From: a virus
IMG/VR virus record: IMGVR_UViG_3300037264_006630
Coordinates: 64,001 to 128,000 of that record
Strand: one strand, 5' to 3'
DNA: 64,000 nucleotides
Shown here piece by piece: positions 17,805 through 27,240 of this stretch; within the stretch, counting starts at the first letter, position 1; each line of letters opens with the position of its first letter. A program made the position numbers and the translations under genes. Under the pieces are notes generated by a model. That model was not told the DNA's origin. It was given only the letters and a program-made list of their open reading frames with translations, and did not search any database.

Positions 17805-18286
17805 CCGCCATCCTCTCGCCGTGCCGCCTCTACCGCTACCGACTCGAGCGCGAGTTGACGCCGCGCCTCGACACGTTCATGAGCGCCGTCGCGATCCTCA
17901 TGCTCAACCCGTCAGTGGCCGCCGAGACCGTAGACGACCCGACGGTCCGCCGGTGCATGGGGTTCGCGACAGCGTGGGGATTCCGGCGCCTGATCGTCGG
18001 CAACGCCTACGGTCTGCGATCGACGGACCCCCGCGGGCTGTGGGCTTCTGCCGATCCGGTCGGCCCTGACAACGATGCGCACGTCGAGCAAATCGCCCGC
18101 GACGCCGATCTCGTCGTCTGCGCATGGGGCGCGCACGCCAAGCCTGGTCGCGTCGCGGCCGTGCTCGCGGCGATCGGTCGCGCCGGCAGGACGCCACACG
18201 CCCTCCGGCTCACCGCCGCTGGTGCGCCCGGCCACCCGCTCTACCTGCCGGGGTCACTCCTACCGTTCGAGTGGGCCGCGCCATGA
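17801..18286 (+). CDS. DUF1643-family protein
   Basis: YRYRLER, MLNPS.A....DDPTVRRC, NAYGLRSTDP, VCAWG, GHPLYLP. Confidence 0.85.
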   Translation: MTAILSPCRLYRYRLERELTPRLDTFMSAVAILMLNPSVAAETVDDPTVRRCMGFATAWGFRRLIVGNAYGLRSTDPRGLWASADPVGPDNDAHVEQIARDADLVVCAWGAHAKPGRVAAVLAAIGRAGRTPHALRLTAAGAPGHPLYLPGSLLPFEWAAP

Positions 18287-18343
18287 CGCCGAGCAAGCGC
18301 ATGGTGATGCGCGCGATCGCGAATGACCGAGGAGCAACCGACT

Positions 18344-20821
18344 ATGACCCACGCCGACGACATCGAGACGATCCGCAACCACAACCCGCACACGTCCGTC
18401 ACCACGGCCGTCGAGGCGCTGTGCCGCATCGTGCTCGATCACGCGGTGGCCCTGACGCGCGTGTCAGATCTGGCCCAGCCGATCGACGCTATCGCCGCGC
18501 GCGACGTCGAGATCCTCGGGCTGCGCGGGGCGCTCGCGGTCGCGCGCGCGGCGCACGCCGACGCGATCGACCGGCTCGCCGGCGAGGGAGCCCGCCTCTC
18601 CGACCTGCTCGCCACCGCCACGAGCGCCTGCCAGCAGAACGCCGGGGCGCTCGACCGGGCGCGCAATGATGCCGCCGTCCTGCGCGCCAACATGGCGGGC
18701 GTGCGTGCCGACAGGGCCCGGATCACCGCCGAGCGCGACGAGGCCCGCGCCTCGCTCGACCGGGTGCTGCGCGAGTCGGCGGAGGTGCGCGACCGCCTCG
18801 CCGCGCGCGTGGCGGAACTGGAGGCGCCCCCGCCGCTCGACGTGTACCCGCCGCGCACCTACGCCGGCCTCATCGCCGAGACCGCGCCGAGCGATGAGGA
18901 GATACTCGCTGCGTACGACACGGCGAGCAGGAGCGCGCGGGCCGATGACCCGGGCATCGCAGGCGTTCGCGCCGTCGCCGATCTCGTCCGCGCCCGCCTC
19001 GCACCCGCGCCGGTGCTGACCGCGGTGGCACTCGGCCGTGCCATCTCGGCCGCGCACGAGGACGCGGTTGCACGGTGGGCCGGCGCCGACCCGAAGGCAC
19101 GAGAGGCCGCGACGATGACGCTGATCGCGGGCAACGACGTGATGCGGCACCTCGGGGCCGTGCATGTCGCGGCGCCCGCGCCCGAGGCGGACGATCTGCG
19201 CGACCGCATCCGCACGATCGCCGACGAGGCGTTCGGCCCGTTCCCGACGGCCTCGGCGGACGAGGCGCTGACGGCGATCGAGCGCGGGATCGCCAAGATG
19301 CGGCAGACCGCCCCGGCGGCGCTCACGGCGGTGCGGCTGACGGGCGCCATGCGGTCCTGGGCCGCGAGCGGCGGGTGCTGGCGCGAACTCGAAGGCACCG
19401 GACCTGCGTCACCGTATGCAGCCACCGAGAGCGCGGCACGGGGCATCCTCGCCCGCCTCGGCCCGATGACGCTGCCGAGTCGCGTCGATCTGGGCCCGGT
19501 CTCGGTGCAGCCCGGGCATCTCGCCGAACCCGCATGCCCGCCGCAATCGGTCTTGCTCATCCGCGGCGGCGTCGAGTATGTGATGGACGCGCACGACGCC
19601 TGCGCCCTCGGCGCGACGCTGACGGCGGTTGGCCGGCGCGTGCTCGGGCTGGATGCCCCGGTGACGCTGCCGACGGGCGCGCGGACGGAGTGGACCGCCT
19701 CCGACGAGGACGGCGAGGACGGCTGCCAGTTTCGCAGCGTCGGCCCGTTCACGCTGCGCGTGACGAACGGCGGCCACTGGCGCGAGTCGATCCGTGGCAA
19801 CATCGGGAAGCAGTCGATGGCCGACGAGAACGGCCGCAGTGCCGCGACCGCGCGTGCCAACGCCGACGCCTGGTCCGCTGCCACCCTCGCCGCGATGGCG
19901 CGGGACGAGGGGCAGGCGACGGGCGCATCGGTCACTTCGCCGACGCCCGTCGAAGGTGCCGCTGCCTGCCATGATGACGGGTGTGGCTGGTCCGGGTCCA
20001 TGGCCGACCTCGAGATCGCCGTCGGCGGCGTGACGCACTGCCCGCGCTGCTACTCGACTGCGATCGAGGAGCGCCCCAGCGCCGCCCCGCCGGTGACGCC
20101 GGTGCAGGGCGAGCCGGTGACGTGGGCCGCGCGGCTGCCTGGCGGCGAGTTGCTCTGCCACGATGACACCGTCGTGACGTACGAGAGCCGCGAGATGGTC
20201 GAGATGACCGCGAGCGCGTTCCGCACCGGCGGCGTGCCCGTCCCGCTCTACACCAGCCCGCCCGCCCCGGTCGCGCACGTCCCGGTGCAGGCGATGAGGG
20301 ACGCGCTCGCGCTGGCCGGGCGGGTGACGATCCCGCCGCCGAATCTCGAGGCTGGCATCGAAGACCGCGCCATCTACATGCGGCTGCGGGGCGTCGCTGA
20401 CGCTGCGGACCGAGCCGTCCCGGTCGCGCCGTCGGTCGTGACCGGGGATCCGTCGCCCAACGCCTGGCGGACCGAGTACCTGCACCACCCAGACCCGCGG
20501 ATCGAAGCCGCGGTGAGCGAAGGCATGGTCGACGATCTCGCCCGTGACGCCACTGCCAGGGCGTGGGCGCATCACGTCGTCGCCGAGTTCGCGCAGCTAA
20601 TCCAACCGGAGCCCCTGGACTTCATTGCGGCACGCACCATCCTCGCCTACCTCGCGGACGCGCCGACGGAGTGGGCCGTCCTGGATGCGTCGGGCAACGT
20701 GCGCGGCTACTTCGACAGCAAGGAGGTGGCTGATCGACAGTCGCCGCCGCCAGGCCAGGGGCGTGTCGAGTACACCGTGATCCCGATCTACGTCCGGCGG
20801 TTGGGCGGGGGCAGCCGGTGA
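18344..20821 (+). CDS. Large mosaic hypothetical protein (coiled coil plus repeated small modules)
   Basis: GAGGAG SD; 825-aa open frame; coiled-coil N-terminus, CxxxxC...CPRC, PVTW...PLYTSP module. Confidence 0.7.
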   Translation: MTHADDIETIRNHNPHTSVTTAVEALCRIVLDHAVALTRVSDLAQPIDAIAARDVEILGLRGALAVARAAHADAIDRLAGEGARLSDLLATATSACQQNAGALDRARNDAAVLRANMAGVRADRARITAERDEARASLDRVLRESAEVRDRLAARVAELEAPPPLDVYPPRTYAGLIAETAPSDEEILAAYDTASRSARADDPGIAGVRAVADLVRARLAPAPVLTAVALGRAISAAHEDAVARWAGADPKAREAATMTLIAGNDVMRHLGAVHVAAPAPEADDLRDRIRTIADEAFGPFPTASADEALTAIERGIAKMRQTAPAALTAVRLTGAMRSWAASGGCWRELEGTGPASPYAATESAARGILARLGPMTLPSRVDLGPVSVQPGHLAEPACPPQSVLLIRGGVEYVMDAHDACALGATLTAVGRRVLGLDAPVTLPTGARTEWTASDEDGEDGCQFRSVGPFTLRVTNGGHWRESIRGNIGKQSMADENGRSAATARANADAWSAATLAAMARDEGQATGASVTSPTPVEGAAACHDDGCGWSGSMADLEIAVGGVTHCPRCYSTAIEERPSAAPPVTPVQGEPVTWAARLPGGELLCHDDTVVTYESREMVEMTASAFRTGGVPVPLYTSPPAPVAHVPVQAMRDALALAGRVTIPPPNLEAGIEDRAIYMRLRGVADAADRAVPVAPSVVTGDPSPNAWRTEYLHHPDPRIEAAVSEGMVDDLARDATARAWAHHVVAEFAQLIQPEPLDFIAARTILAYLADAPTEWAVLDASGNVRGYFDSKEVADRQSPPPGQGRVEYTVIPIYVRRLGGGSR

Positions 20822-21033
20822 ACGCCCACGAACGGCGCGCATGGCGCTCGCTGGTCGATCTCGGCGCCAGGGAACTGGAGCTCGGCGGCCTCCAGGCGCT
20901 GGACCTCTCGACGGTGCGCGTCCGTTCCGATAGCGCGTGTTCGACCTTCATCGACGCGATCATCAACGTCGCCGGCCGCTCCGGCACCCGTGGTCACCGA
21001 CGACAAGAACCCCAAGGCCCCGGAGCCCATCCG

Positions 21034-21313
21034 ATGACCACCGGCATCTTCACCCCCCAAGGAGTGCGAGTGCCCGCTCGACCACTCCATCACCAAGCTC
21101 GGGCACTGCCGGACCTGCCCGCACTACGGCACCGAGAGCGACACGCGGATGGAGCCGCTGATCGCCTGCGCTCCCGGCTGCGGGCCCCGTCTACACGTCG
21201 ATGGGACCCCGCACGACTTCGACTACGCGACCTATGCCGACGAGCGGACGAGCTACGGCGTCTGTCGGTGCGGCTTCGACTCGATGTCCGAGTCGCTCTG
21301 GGAGGGACCATGA
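21034..21313 (+). pseudogene. Cys-rich hypothetical gene with apparent +1 frameshift in a C6 run (21053-21058)
   Basis: Removing one C gives MTTGIFTPKECECPLDHSITKLGHCRTCPHY...VCRCGFDSMSESLWEGP*, whose stop overlaps the next ATG. Confidence 0.45.
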
Positions 21314-21798
21314 GCATCGTCGATGATCCGAATTTTCAGGCATTGGTCCAGGAGTCCGTTCTCGGCGAGATCGTGGGAAGCACTGCCGCGGTCATCGCCA
21401 TCTTCGGACAGACTCCCGTGACCGACCGCCGATCCGAAGTCCTGAACGCCGCCGCCGAGGTCGTGGAAGCCTCGGTCGCCGCCGACCTGCTCGGCAAGGA
21501 CCATCCGAGCATCGTGGCCGAAGCGGCGTGGATCCGCGCTGGCATGCCGCCGCGTGAACCCGTCGCACCTTCGCGTCTTCGCCTGGAGGACGTGATGCGC
21601 GAGGTCGCGGTCATCGAAGGCGACATCGCCAACGGGACCACGGTCTACACCTCGACTCGCCGCATGGCCGAGTTCCTCCGGGCCATCGAACCGCACCTGG
21701 CCGCGATCGAGCGCGCGGCGCTCTCCGAGTCCGACGTGGAGATCCTCGATGCGGTCGAAGGACTGCGGGACGAGATCGATCTGGAGACCAACCCGTGA
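21310..21798 (+). CDS. Hypothetical protein
   Basis: GGAGG SD, MSIVDDPNFQ... Confidence 0.7.
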   Translation: MSIVDDPNFQALVQESVLGEIVGSTAAVIAIFGQTPVTDRRSEVLNAAAEVVEASVAADLLGKDHPSIVAEAAWIRAGMPPREPVAPSRLRLEDVMREVAVIEGDIANGTTVYTSTRRMAEFLRAIEPHLAAIERAALSESDVEILDAVEGLRDEIDLETNP

Positions 21799-22034
21799 CC
21801 GGCCTCTTCGGCCTCGGCGAGCGCGTGGTATGGACGCTCATCGCCCGCGGCGTCCCCCGCCAGCAACAGGGCATCATCACCCAGGTGGTGCCGGCCGGTG
21901 AGCGGCCGGTCGGGATGAAGCGCGGCCTGCCGCGCGACCACGAGTCATACGCCGTCACCGCCAGCGGGGTGCTCTACTGGCCGACGATCGACGCCCTCGC
22001 GCCGGCCCCGGCGCTGACCTCCGGCCGGGTGTGA
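21795..22034 (+). CDS. Hypothetical protein
   Basis: GTGA overlaps. Confidence 0.6.
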   Translation: MTGLFGLGERVVWTLIARGVPRQQQGIITQVVPAGERPVGMKRGLPRDHESYAVTASGVLYWPTIDALAPAPALTSGRV

Positions 22035-22522
22035 TGCTGGCGATCGACGACGTGAAGGATCTGGCGGTCCGGTTCTGCACCTACCCGGCGGCCGACCGGC
22101 AGATCATGCGCGTCTGGTCGCCGCCGCTGGGCTACGCCCACGAGATCGGCCACCTGCTCATCTCGACATCGGAAGATCGAGCGCAACTCTGGTACGGGCT
22201 CGGTGAGCCGGGAGGAGTGCCCGACCACGAGTTGGACGCGGAAGCTCCGGCCGTCGAGCTCGCGGCCTCCATCGTCCACGCCTGGATCGTCGTGGCCACC
22301 GACTGGTTCCGCCGGCGCCGGAGCAACCGCGCCGACCTGCGGCTCTCGATCAGCCCGCGCGATCCGCTGTCCGATTCGGCGTTCGCGCCCGAGTTCTTCT
22401 ACGAACCCGACGAGTGGCGTCGCGCCCGCGACCTGCTCACCGCCCGCGGGCTCCGAGCTCGCGACGTGCAGACCAAGACGGCCCTCAGGCGGACCATCAT
22501 CCGCACCCTGGAGACGACATGA
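22031..22522 (+). CDS. Putative ImmA/IrrE-like zinc metallopeptidase
   Basis: YAHEIGHLL followed by ELDAEAPAVELA (HExxH...E). Confidence 0.5.
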   Translation: MMLAIDDVKDLAVRFCTYPAADRQIMRVWSPPLGYAHEIGHLLISTSEDRAQLWYGLGEPGGVPDHELDAEAPAVELAASIVHAWIVVATDWFRRRRSNRADLRLSISPRDPLSDSAFAPEFFYEPDEWRRARDLLTARGLRARDVQTKTALRRTIIRTLETT

Positions 22523-23013
22523 ACCACCAGCGCAAGCGCGACCCCAACCACTGGCTCTCGAGGATCGAAGACCTCAAGCCCGGCGACCCGTGCGACGTGC
22601 GCGGCGGCCTCGATGGTCGCTGGTACCCGGGCGTCGTCGAGGTCAACGGCGGCGCCCACTACTGGCGCGTGCGGGTCGCCGGCTACGCCGCCAAGCAGCG
22701 GCTCTACAAGTCGTTCCTCGCGGCCTCCCAGCGAACCGGCCGCTTCGACCCGCCTGACCGACTGATGGAGGCGGTCCGCGCGCTGCCCGACACCACGCTC
22801 CTGCCGCGCCTGGCGATGGAGATGCGGACGCCGCTCCTGGACGCGCTCGCGATGGGGCGCCGCGAGGACGACGTGTTCTCGCCGTACATCGAGAACGTCC
22901 GGTGCCGCGGCCAGCTCGATGCGTGGCCACCGGGCGGGGGAGAGCAAGCTCCGCCGCCGCACCGCAAGCCGTTCGAGGACGAGGTGTGGGCGGTGGTCTG
23001 GGGGCCGACGTGA
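22519..23013 (+). CDS. Hypothetical protein with SH3/Tudor-like N-terminus
   Basis: LKPGDPCDVRGGLDGRWYPGVVEV. Confidence 0.6.
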   Translation: MNHQRKRDPNHWLSRIEDLKPGDPCDVRGGLDGRWYPGVVEVNGGAHYWRVRVAGYAAKQRLYKSFLAASQRTGRFDPPDRLMEAVRALPDTTLLPRLAMEMRTPLLDALAMGRREDDVFSPYIENVRCRGQLDAWPPGGGEQAPPPHRKPFEDEVWAVVWGPT

Positions 23014-23450
23014 GCGACGATCCCAAGCCGTTCACGGTCATCGACCTGAACACCACCGCAGGCGTCTACGACCGAGAGGCGCGCGCGTACCTCATGCGCC
23101 ACCCGGCGCCGACCATCCCGGACGTGGTGGTGCGGCGCATCCTCGAGCGGAACCCCGGAAGCCGGCGCGAGCCGCCGACGGAGCGGCAGGTCTGGGAGTA
23201 CGATGTCGCCTGCCCGCATGGGTGCCACGGACTGATCCACTTCCGCTGGATGGAGGTCGTCCCGATGGATCTGATCGGCTACGAGCGGGACCGGGCCTCG
23301 CGCGAGCGCTACGAGCAGCAACGCCGGCACGAGGCCGAGGTGGCGCGCCTGACCGCAGCGCTCGAGCTGGCCAACCGCGAGCGCGCCGCGCTCCGGTCCA
23401 AGGTCGTGAAGCAGGCACATCGCCGCAGCAAGCGCGACCGCGGGTACTGA
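23010..23450 (+). CDS. Hypothetical protein
   Basis: CPHGCHG then coiled coil. Confidence 0.65.
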   Translation: MSDDPKPFTVIDLNTTAGVYDREARAYLMRHPAPTIPDVVVRRILERNPGSRREPPTERQVWEYDVACPHGCHGLIHFRWMEVVPMDLIGYERDRASRERYEQQRRHEAEVARLTAALELANRERAALRSKVVKQAHRRSKRDRGY

Positions 23451-23468
23451 CGCTGCGGCGATCGGAGG

Positions 23469-23509
23469 TTGACGGCGGCGGCGTTCGTGCGTATGTTCAG
23501 GCGCATGAA
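23469..23509 (+). promoter_or_regulatory. Sigma70-type promoter with 26-bp operator (23484-23509)
   Basis: TTGACG-N17-TATGTT; TTCGTGCGT-ATGTTCAG-GCGCATGAA. Confidence 0.8.
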
Positions 23510-23684
23510 ACCCGCGAAGCCGACCACGATCGTGGTGACCGAGCGTCACAACGTCTTCCAAGCCTGCATCAAGGACAGTCCCGAGATCTGGGAGGCTGGA
23601 GCGACTCGTGCCGATGCGATCGGCAAGTTGATCATCGCGCGAGCCGAGCGCTTCTTCGGCATCACCATCCAGATCGAGGCGTGA
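23505..23684 (+). CDS. Small protein, possibly HicB-like N-terminal fold
   Basis: FQACIKDSPEIWEAGATRADAIGKL; operator-embedded ATG. Confidence 0.55.
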   Translation: MKPAKPTTIVVTERHNVFQACIKDSPEIWEAGATRADAIGKLIIARAERFFGITIQIEA

Positions 23685-23688
23685 CCCG

Positions 23689-23982
23689 GTGAGCATCCTG
23701 GACGCGGACGTTCAACTGAACGCGGTGGCGCTGGCAGACGGATGGCAGTCGACGCCGCGTCAGCGCACCGAGGCCGCTCGCATCTGCGCGATGGTGGCGT
23801 CGTCCGGTCACCGTCACAGAAAGCTGGGCGAGCACGCGCGGGCGGCGATCGGTGCCAGCCACGCCGCTCTCAAGCTGGCGAGGGACGTGGTGTTCTGGTC
23901 GGTCTGCCTCGGGAAGGCCAGCGACAGCAAGCGCGAGACGTTCGCGCGCGCCGAAGCTATGCTGCGCACGGTGCAGCCGTGA
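23689..23982 (+). CDS. Hypothetical protein
   Basis: 97-aa ORF. Confidence 0.6.
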   Translation: MSILDADVQLNAVALADGWQSTPRQRTEAARICAMVASSGHRHRKLGEHARAAIGASHAALKLARDVVFWSVCLGKASDSKRETFARAEAMLRTVQP

Positions 23983-24794
23983 CCGTCAGCCAGCGCTGGC
24001 AGGGCGGCCGGACGAGCTACAAGCCGCCGGGCCCGCCGTTCGTCCCCGCGATCCACGAGGTCGCGTTCATCGATCGCACGGCTGCGCGGCGGTTCACCCT
24101 CGAGCATCACTACGCGGACACGGTGCCGGCTTGGGTCTACAGCGTCGGCCTGTGGCGCCGCGGGGCGCTGGTCGGCGTCGCGATGTTCAGTCAGCCGGCG
24201 GCGCAAGCCGTCCTCGACATCCTGCCCGACGGCCGCGAGAGCGGGACCGAGCTCGGGCGGCTGGTGCTCACGCCCGAGGTGGAGACCAACGGCGAGACGT
24301 GGTTCATCAAGCGCGCTTTCGCGCTCGCTCACCGGCACGGCTACGAGCACGTCATGTCGTACGCCGACCCGCTCGAGCGGACTACCAGCGACGGGACGTT
24401 GGTGAAGCCCGGCCACGTTGGGCTGATCTATCAGGCGCACAACGGCATCTACACCGGCCGAGGTCGCGGCCGTCCGTTGTGGCTCCTGCCGTCGGGGCAG
24501 GTCTTGAACGAGCGCTCGATCTCCAAGTCAAAGGCCGGTCACCGAGGGGCGAGCACGGCGATCGGGAAGCTCGTCCAGTTCGGCGCGCCGCGGCCCGGGG
24601 ACGGAGACGATGTCGCCGCCTGGGTCGCCGAGTGGGTGCCGCGGCTGTGCCGTCGCGTCTCGCATCCAGGGAATTACCGGTACGTGTGGCCGCTCGGCGG
24701 CGACTCGCGCGCCCGCCGCGCGCTGGTCCGGCACCTCGCCGAGCGCGGCATCCCCGACAACCTCGAGCGCCCTCGCGCCGTGGAGGCAGCATGA
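23979..24794 (+). CDS. Mom-like DNA-modification protein (GNAT fold)
   Basis: FTLEHHY, LVGVAMFSQP, ELGRLVL, ETWFIKRAF, VMSYADP, GHVGLIYQAHNGIYTG, K/NYRYVWPL pattern typical of Mom homologues. Confidence 0.82.
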   Translation: MTVSQRWQGGRTSYKPPGPPFVPAIHEVAFIDRTAARRFTLEHHYADTVPAWVYSVGLWRRGALVGVAMFSQPAAQAVLDILPDGRESGTELGRLVLTPEVETNGETWFIKRAFALAHRHGYEHVMSYADPLERTTSDGTLVKPGHVGLIYQAHNGIYTGRGRGRPLWLLPSGQVLNERSISKSKAGHRGASTAIGKLVQFGAPRPGDGDDVAAWVAEWVPRLCRRVSHPGNYRYVWPLGGDSRARRALVRHLAERGIPDNLERPRAVEAA

Positions 24795-25264
24795 ACCGCG
24801 TCATCGACTTCATCGGCACCGCCCTTCACCCGCAGATCGCGGCGCGCACCCACTGCCTCCGGTTCGTCGACATGGTCCACGGTGCCGAGGCGTTCATCTT
24901 CCTCGACGAGCAAGACCGGCTGATGCTCCGGCGGCTGGGCAACCTCTACTCCTGGCCGCCCCTGAACGACTGGCACGCCGGCGCGATGATGTACGCGCTC
25001 GGCGAGTTGGTCGAGCACGACGGCAAGGGCAACCCGACGGCGCGCCCGCGCGGCCGGTTCGAGAGCGCCTTCCAGATCCTCCACTGCGGCGTGGAGCCCG
25101 TGTACCTCGGCAACATGTCCTTGCGGGAGGCTGGCGCCCGCTTCACCCAGGTCGCCTACCGCTGCCCGGCGTGCCTCCAGGAGTTCCTGCTCGTGGACCA
25201 GATCAACCTCAACACGCCCGAGGGCCAGGCCGCGATCAACGTGCTGCACGACGCGGTGGAGTAG
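24791..25264 (+). CDS. Hypothetical protein (HCG...RCPAC)
   Basis: GGAGG SD, ATGA overlap. Confidence 0.7.
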   Translation: MNRVIDFIGTALHPQIAARTHCLRFVDMVHGAEAFIFLDEQDRLMLRRLGNLYSWPPLNDWHAGAMMYALGELVEHDGKGNPTARPRGRFESAFQILHCGVEPVYLGNMSLREAGARFTQVAYRCPACLQEFLLVDQINLNTPEGQAAINVLHDAVE

Positions 25265-25273
25265 ACTCCGCCG

Positions 25274-26014
25274 GTGGGCGACGCGACGGACATCGGCATC
25301 GCCCGGAAGGCGCGCGACGCTGCGGCCGAGGTGGAGCAGCTCCGCGAGAGCAACGCGGCCCTCGCCGCGCAGCTCGATGCATACCGGGCGAACATGCCGG
25401 GGACAGCGCTGCCCGACGCCAAGGACACGCCGCACGGCTGGCGTTGCGGCAACGGGCATCCGTCCATCCTCGTCGACTCGAACAAGCGGAAGGTGACCTG
25501 CCGATACTGCGGCGCAGTGCTCGATGCGTTCACCGTGCTCTTGGAGTTCGCGACCGAGGAGCGCCGCTTCTGGAACGAGAACGAGCACGCGAAGCGCGAG
25601 CACGACCGCGTCAAGGCGCAGACAGAGTCGATGAAGGAGGCCATCGCCGCGGTGCATCGCGAGCGTCAGCGCGTCGAGTGCCCTCGCGGGTGCGGCGCGA
25701 AGATCGTCGCTGACTCGTGCGTGACCGGCGGCATCACGGCCCACGACTGCTACAAGCGGCGGGCGAAGGACGGCAAGGTGCCGCGTTTCACGGAGGAGCG
25801 CTGGCGCGCCGTCGTCGTCGACAAAGCGACGCGCTGGTGCGACCGCGTGACGGCAACGCGCTCGGCGACTGAACATGGTGGGAACGTCGAGGAGTTCAAG
25901 GGGCCGATCGGCGACAAGGCCGAGCGCGCGGCCGAGCGAGTCGCCGCGTTCACGAAGCAAGAGGCCGAGCGCGCCGCCGCGAGGCCACGCCGGACTCGGT
26001 CGCCCCGCACCTGA
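25274..26014 (+). CDS. Hypothetical Zn-finger/coiled-coil protein
   Basis: RCGNGH...TCRYCGAVLDAF; CPRGC...HDC. Confidence 0.7.
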   Translation: MGDATDIGIARKARDAAAEVEQLRESNAALAAQLDAYRANMPGTALPDAKDTPHGWRCGNGHPSILVDSNKRKVTCRYCGAVLDAFTVLLEFATEERRFWNENEHAKREHDRVKAQTESMKEAIAAVHRERQRVECPRGCGAKIVADSCVTGGITAHDCYKRRAKDGKVPRFTEERWRAVVVDKATRWCDRVTATRSATEHGGNVEEFKGPIGDKAERAAERVAAFTKQEAERAAARPRRTRSPRT

Positions 26015-26035
26015 CCTTGCGGGTGTTGCCCGGAA
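26013..26035 (+). promoter_or_regulatory. Possible late/middle promoter motif
   Basis: GACCTTGCG; TTGCGGGTGTTGCCCGGAA is 17/19 identical to 56789-56807. Confidence 0.4.
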
Positions 26036-26053
26036 ATCGGACCGTGGCCGCCG

Positions 26054-26443
26054 ATGTCCTCGGCGCTCAACCCGGCGATCCGCCGCCGCCTCCATGCCAT
26101 CGGCCTGGTGAACGAGCGCGACCGGCTGATCCTCTTCCTGCGGGCGATCGTGAACCGGGCGATCCGCTGCTACGAGAACGAGTTCCTGGAGGACGGCTAC
26201 GCCTTGGTGCAGCGCTGCGCTGAGATCTTCGTCGGTGACACCGCCGATCTCGGCGCCTTCTCCTGGTTCGGCATCCGCGACGGCGGTGACCTGATCGCGG
26301 TGCCCTGGCTCATCGCGCCTGGCCCCGACCGCGGCCTGATCGTGCCGGACGTGGGCGAGCTGGCGCGCTTGATCTTGAGCGGTGGCACACGTCGGGAGTG
26401 GCTAAGGCCGCGGGACCTGGAATTTACGGGTGATGCCCGGTAG
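26054..26443 (+). CDS. Hypothetical protein
   Basis: 129-aa ORF. Confidence 0.6.
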   Translation: MSSALNPAIRRRLHAIGLVNERDRLILFLRAIVNRAIRCYENEFLEDGYALVQRCAEIFVGDTADLGAFSWFGIRDGGDLIAVPWLIAPGPDRGLIVPDVGELARLILSGGTRREWLRPRDLEFTGDAR

Positions 26444-26517
26444 CCTGGATCGTGGAATGCGGTTTCCGGGCCAACACGATGTGATGCAGGAGGGGGCGCG
26501 CAAGCGCTCGCCTTGAC

Positions 26518-27240
26518 GTGCCGCGCGCCAAGGCCACGGCCGAGTCGAAGACCAAGGACCCGGGCGCGATCGTCACGGCGAAGCGGCAGAAGCTCGCCGC
26601 CAAGATCGCCGAGAAGGGGCCACCGTCGGTCTTCCAGCGGGGCGGCCGGCTGGTGCAGGTGCAGTTGCTGCTCGCCGAGTCGGTGAGCGAGCCGGAAATC
26701 GTCCGCTGGCTCACCACCGAGATCACCCCAGCGATGGTGACCGCCGCCGCCGCCGAGGGGCGCGCGCTCACCGTGAAGCCGTGGAAGGTGACCCCGGCGA
26801 CGGCGCGCGACTACATCAAGTCGGCCTGGCGCGAGTGGCAGGAAGACGAGCGCGCACCGCTGGGCAAGGTCCGCACCCTCGATCGCCAGCGCATCCTTCA
26901 CGTCTACCGGACCGCCCTCAAGGACGGCAACCTGATCGTGGCCCTGCGCGCGGCCGAGTCCGTGGCCCGGATGAACGGCTCGTTCGTGCCGCAGCTCGAG
27001 GCCCCGGTTGGGGTGGACATGGAAGCCGACGAGGCGGCGGAGGCGATCGAGCACGGCTACGCGACGCTCCTGCTCGCGCGGCGCCGCGGCGCGCTCTCGT
27101 TCAAGCAGACCGCCAACGCCATCGACGTGCCAGCCGGCGGCGATGCCGGTGATGATGCGCTCGAGGTGGAGGTCAAGGACGCGCTGTCGGCTGCGCCGCC
27201 GGTGCCTGTGGTCGAGCCCCCGCTGGGGAGCGCGAACTGA
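26518..27240 (+). CDS. Candidate terminase small subunit
   Basis: Helical HTH-like protein whose stop overlaps the large-terminase ATG; position-based call. Confidence 0.55.
   Translation: MPRAKATAESKTKDPGAIVTAKRQKLAAKIAEKGPPSVFQRGGRLVQVQLLLAESVSEPEIVRWLTTEITPAMVTAAAAEGRALTVKPWKVTPATARDYIKSAWREWQEDERAPLGKVRTLDRQRILHVYRTALKDGNLIVALRAAESVARMNGSFVPQLEAPVGVDMEADEAAEAIEHGYATLLLARRRGALSFKQTANAIDVPAGGDAGDDALEVEVKDALSAAPPVPVVEPPLGSAN

Noticed and set aside
20818-21798. Single 326-aa gene
   Set aside because: An internal SD and ATG at 21310 and better-looking alternative frames in the middle suggest three genes; the 20818 gene boundary is too uncertain to list.
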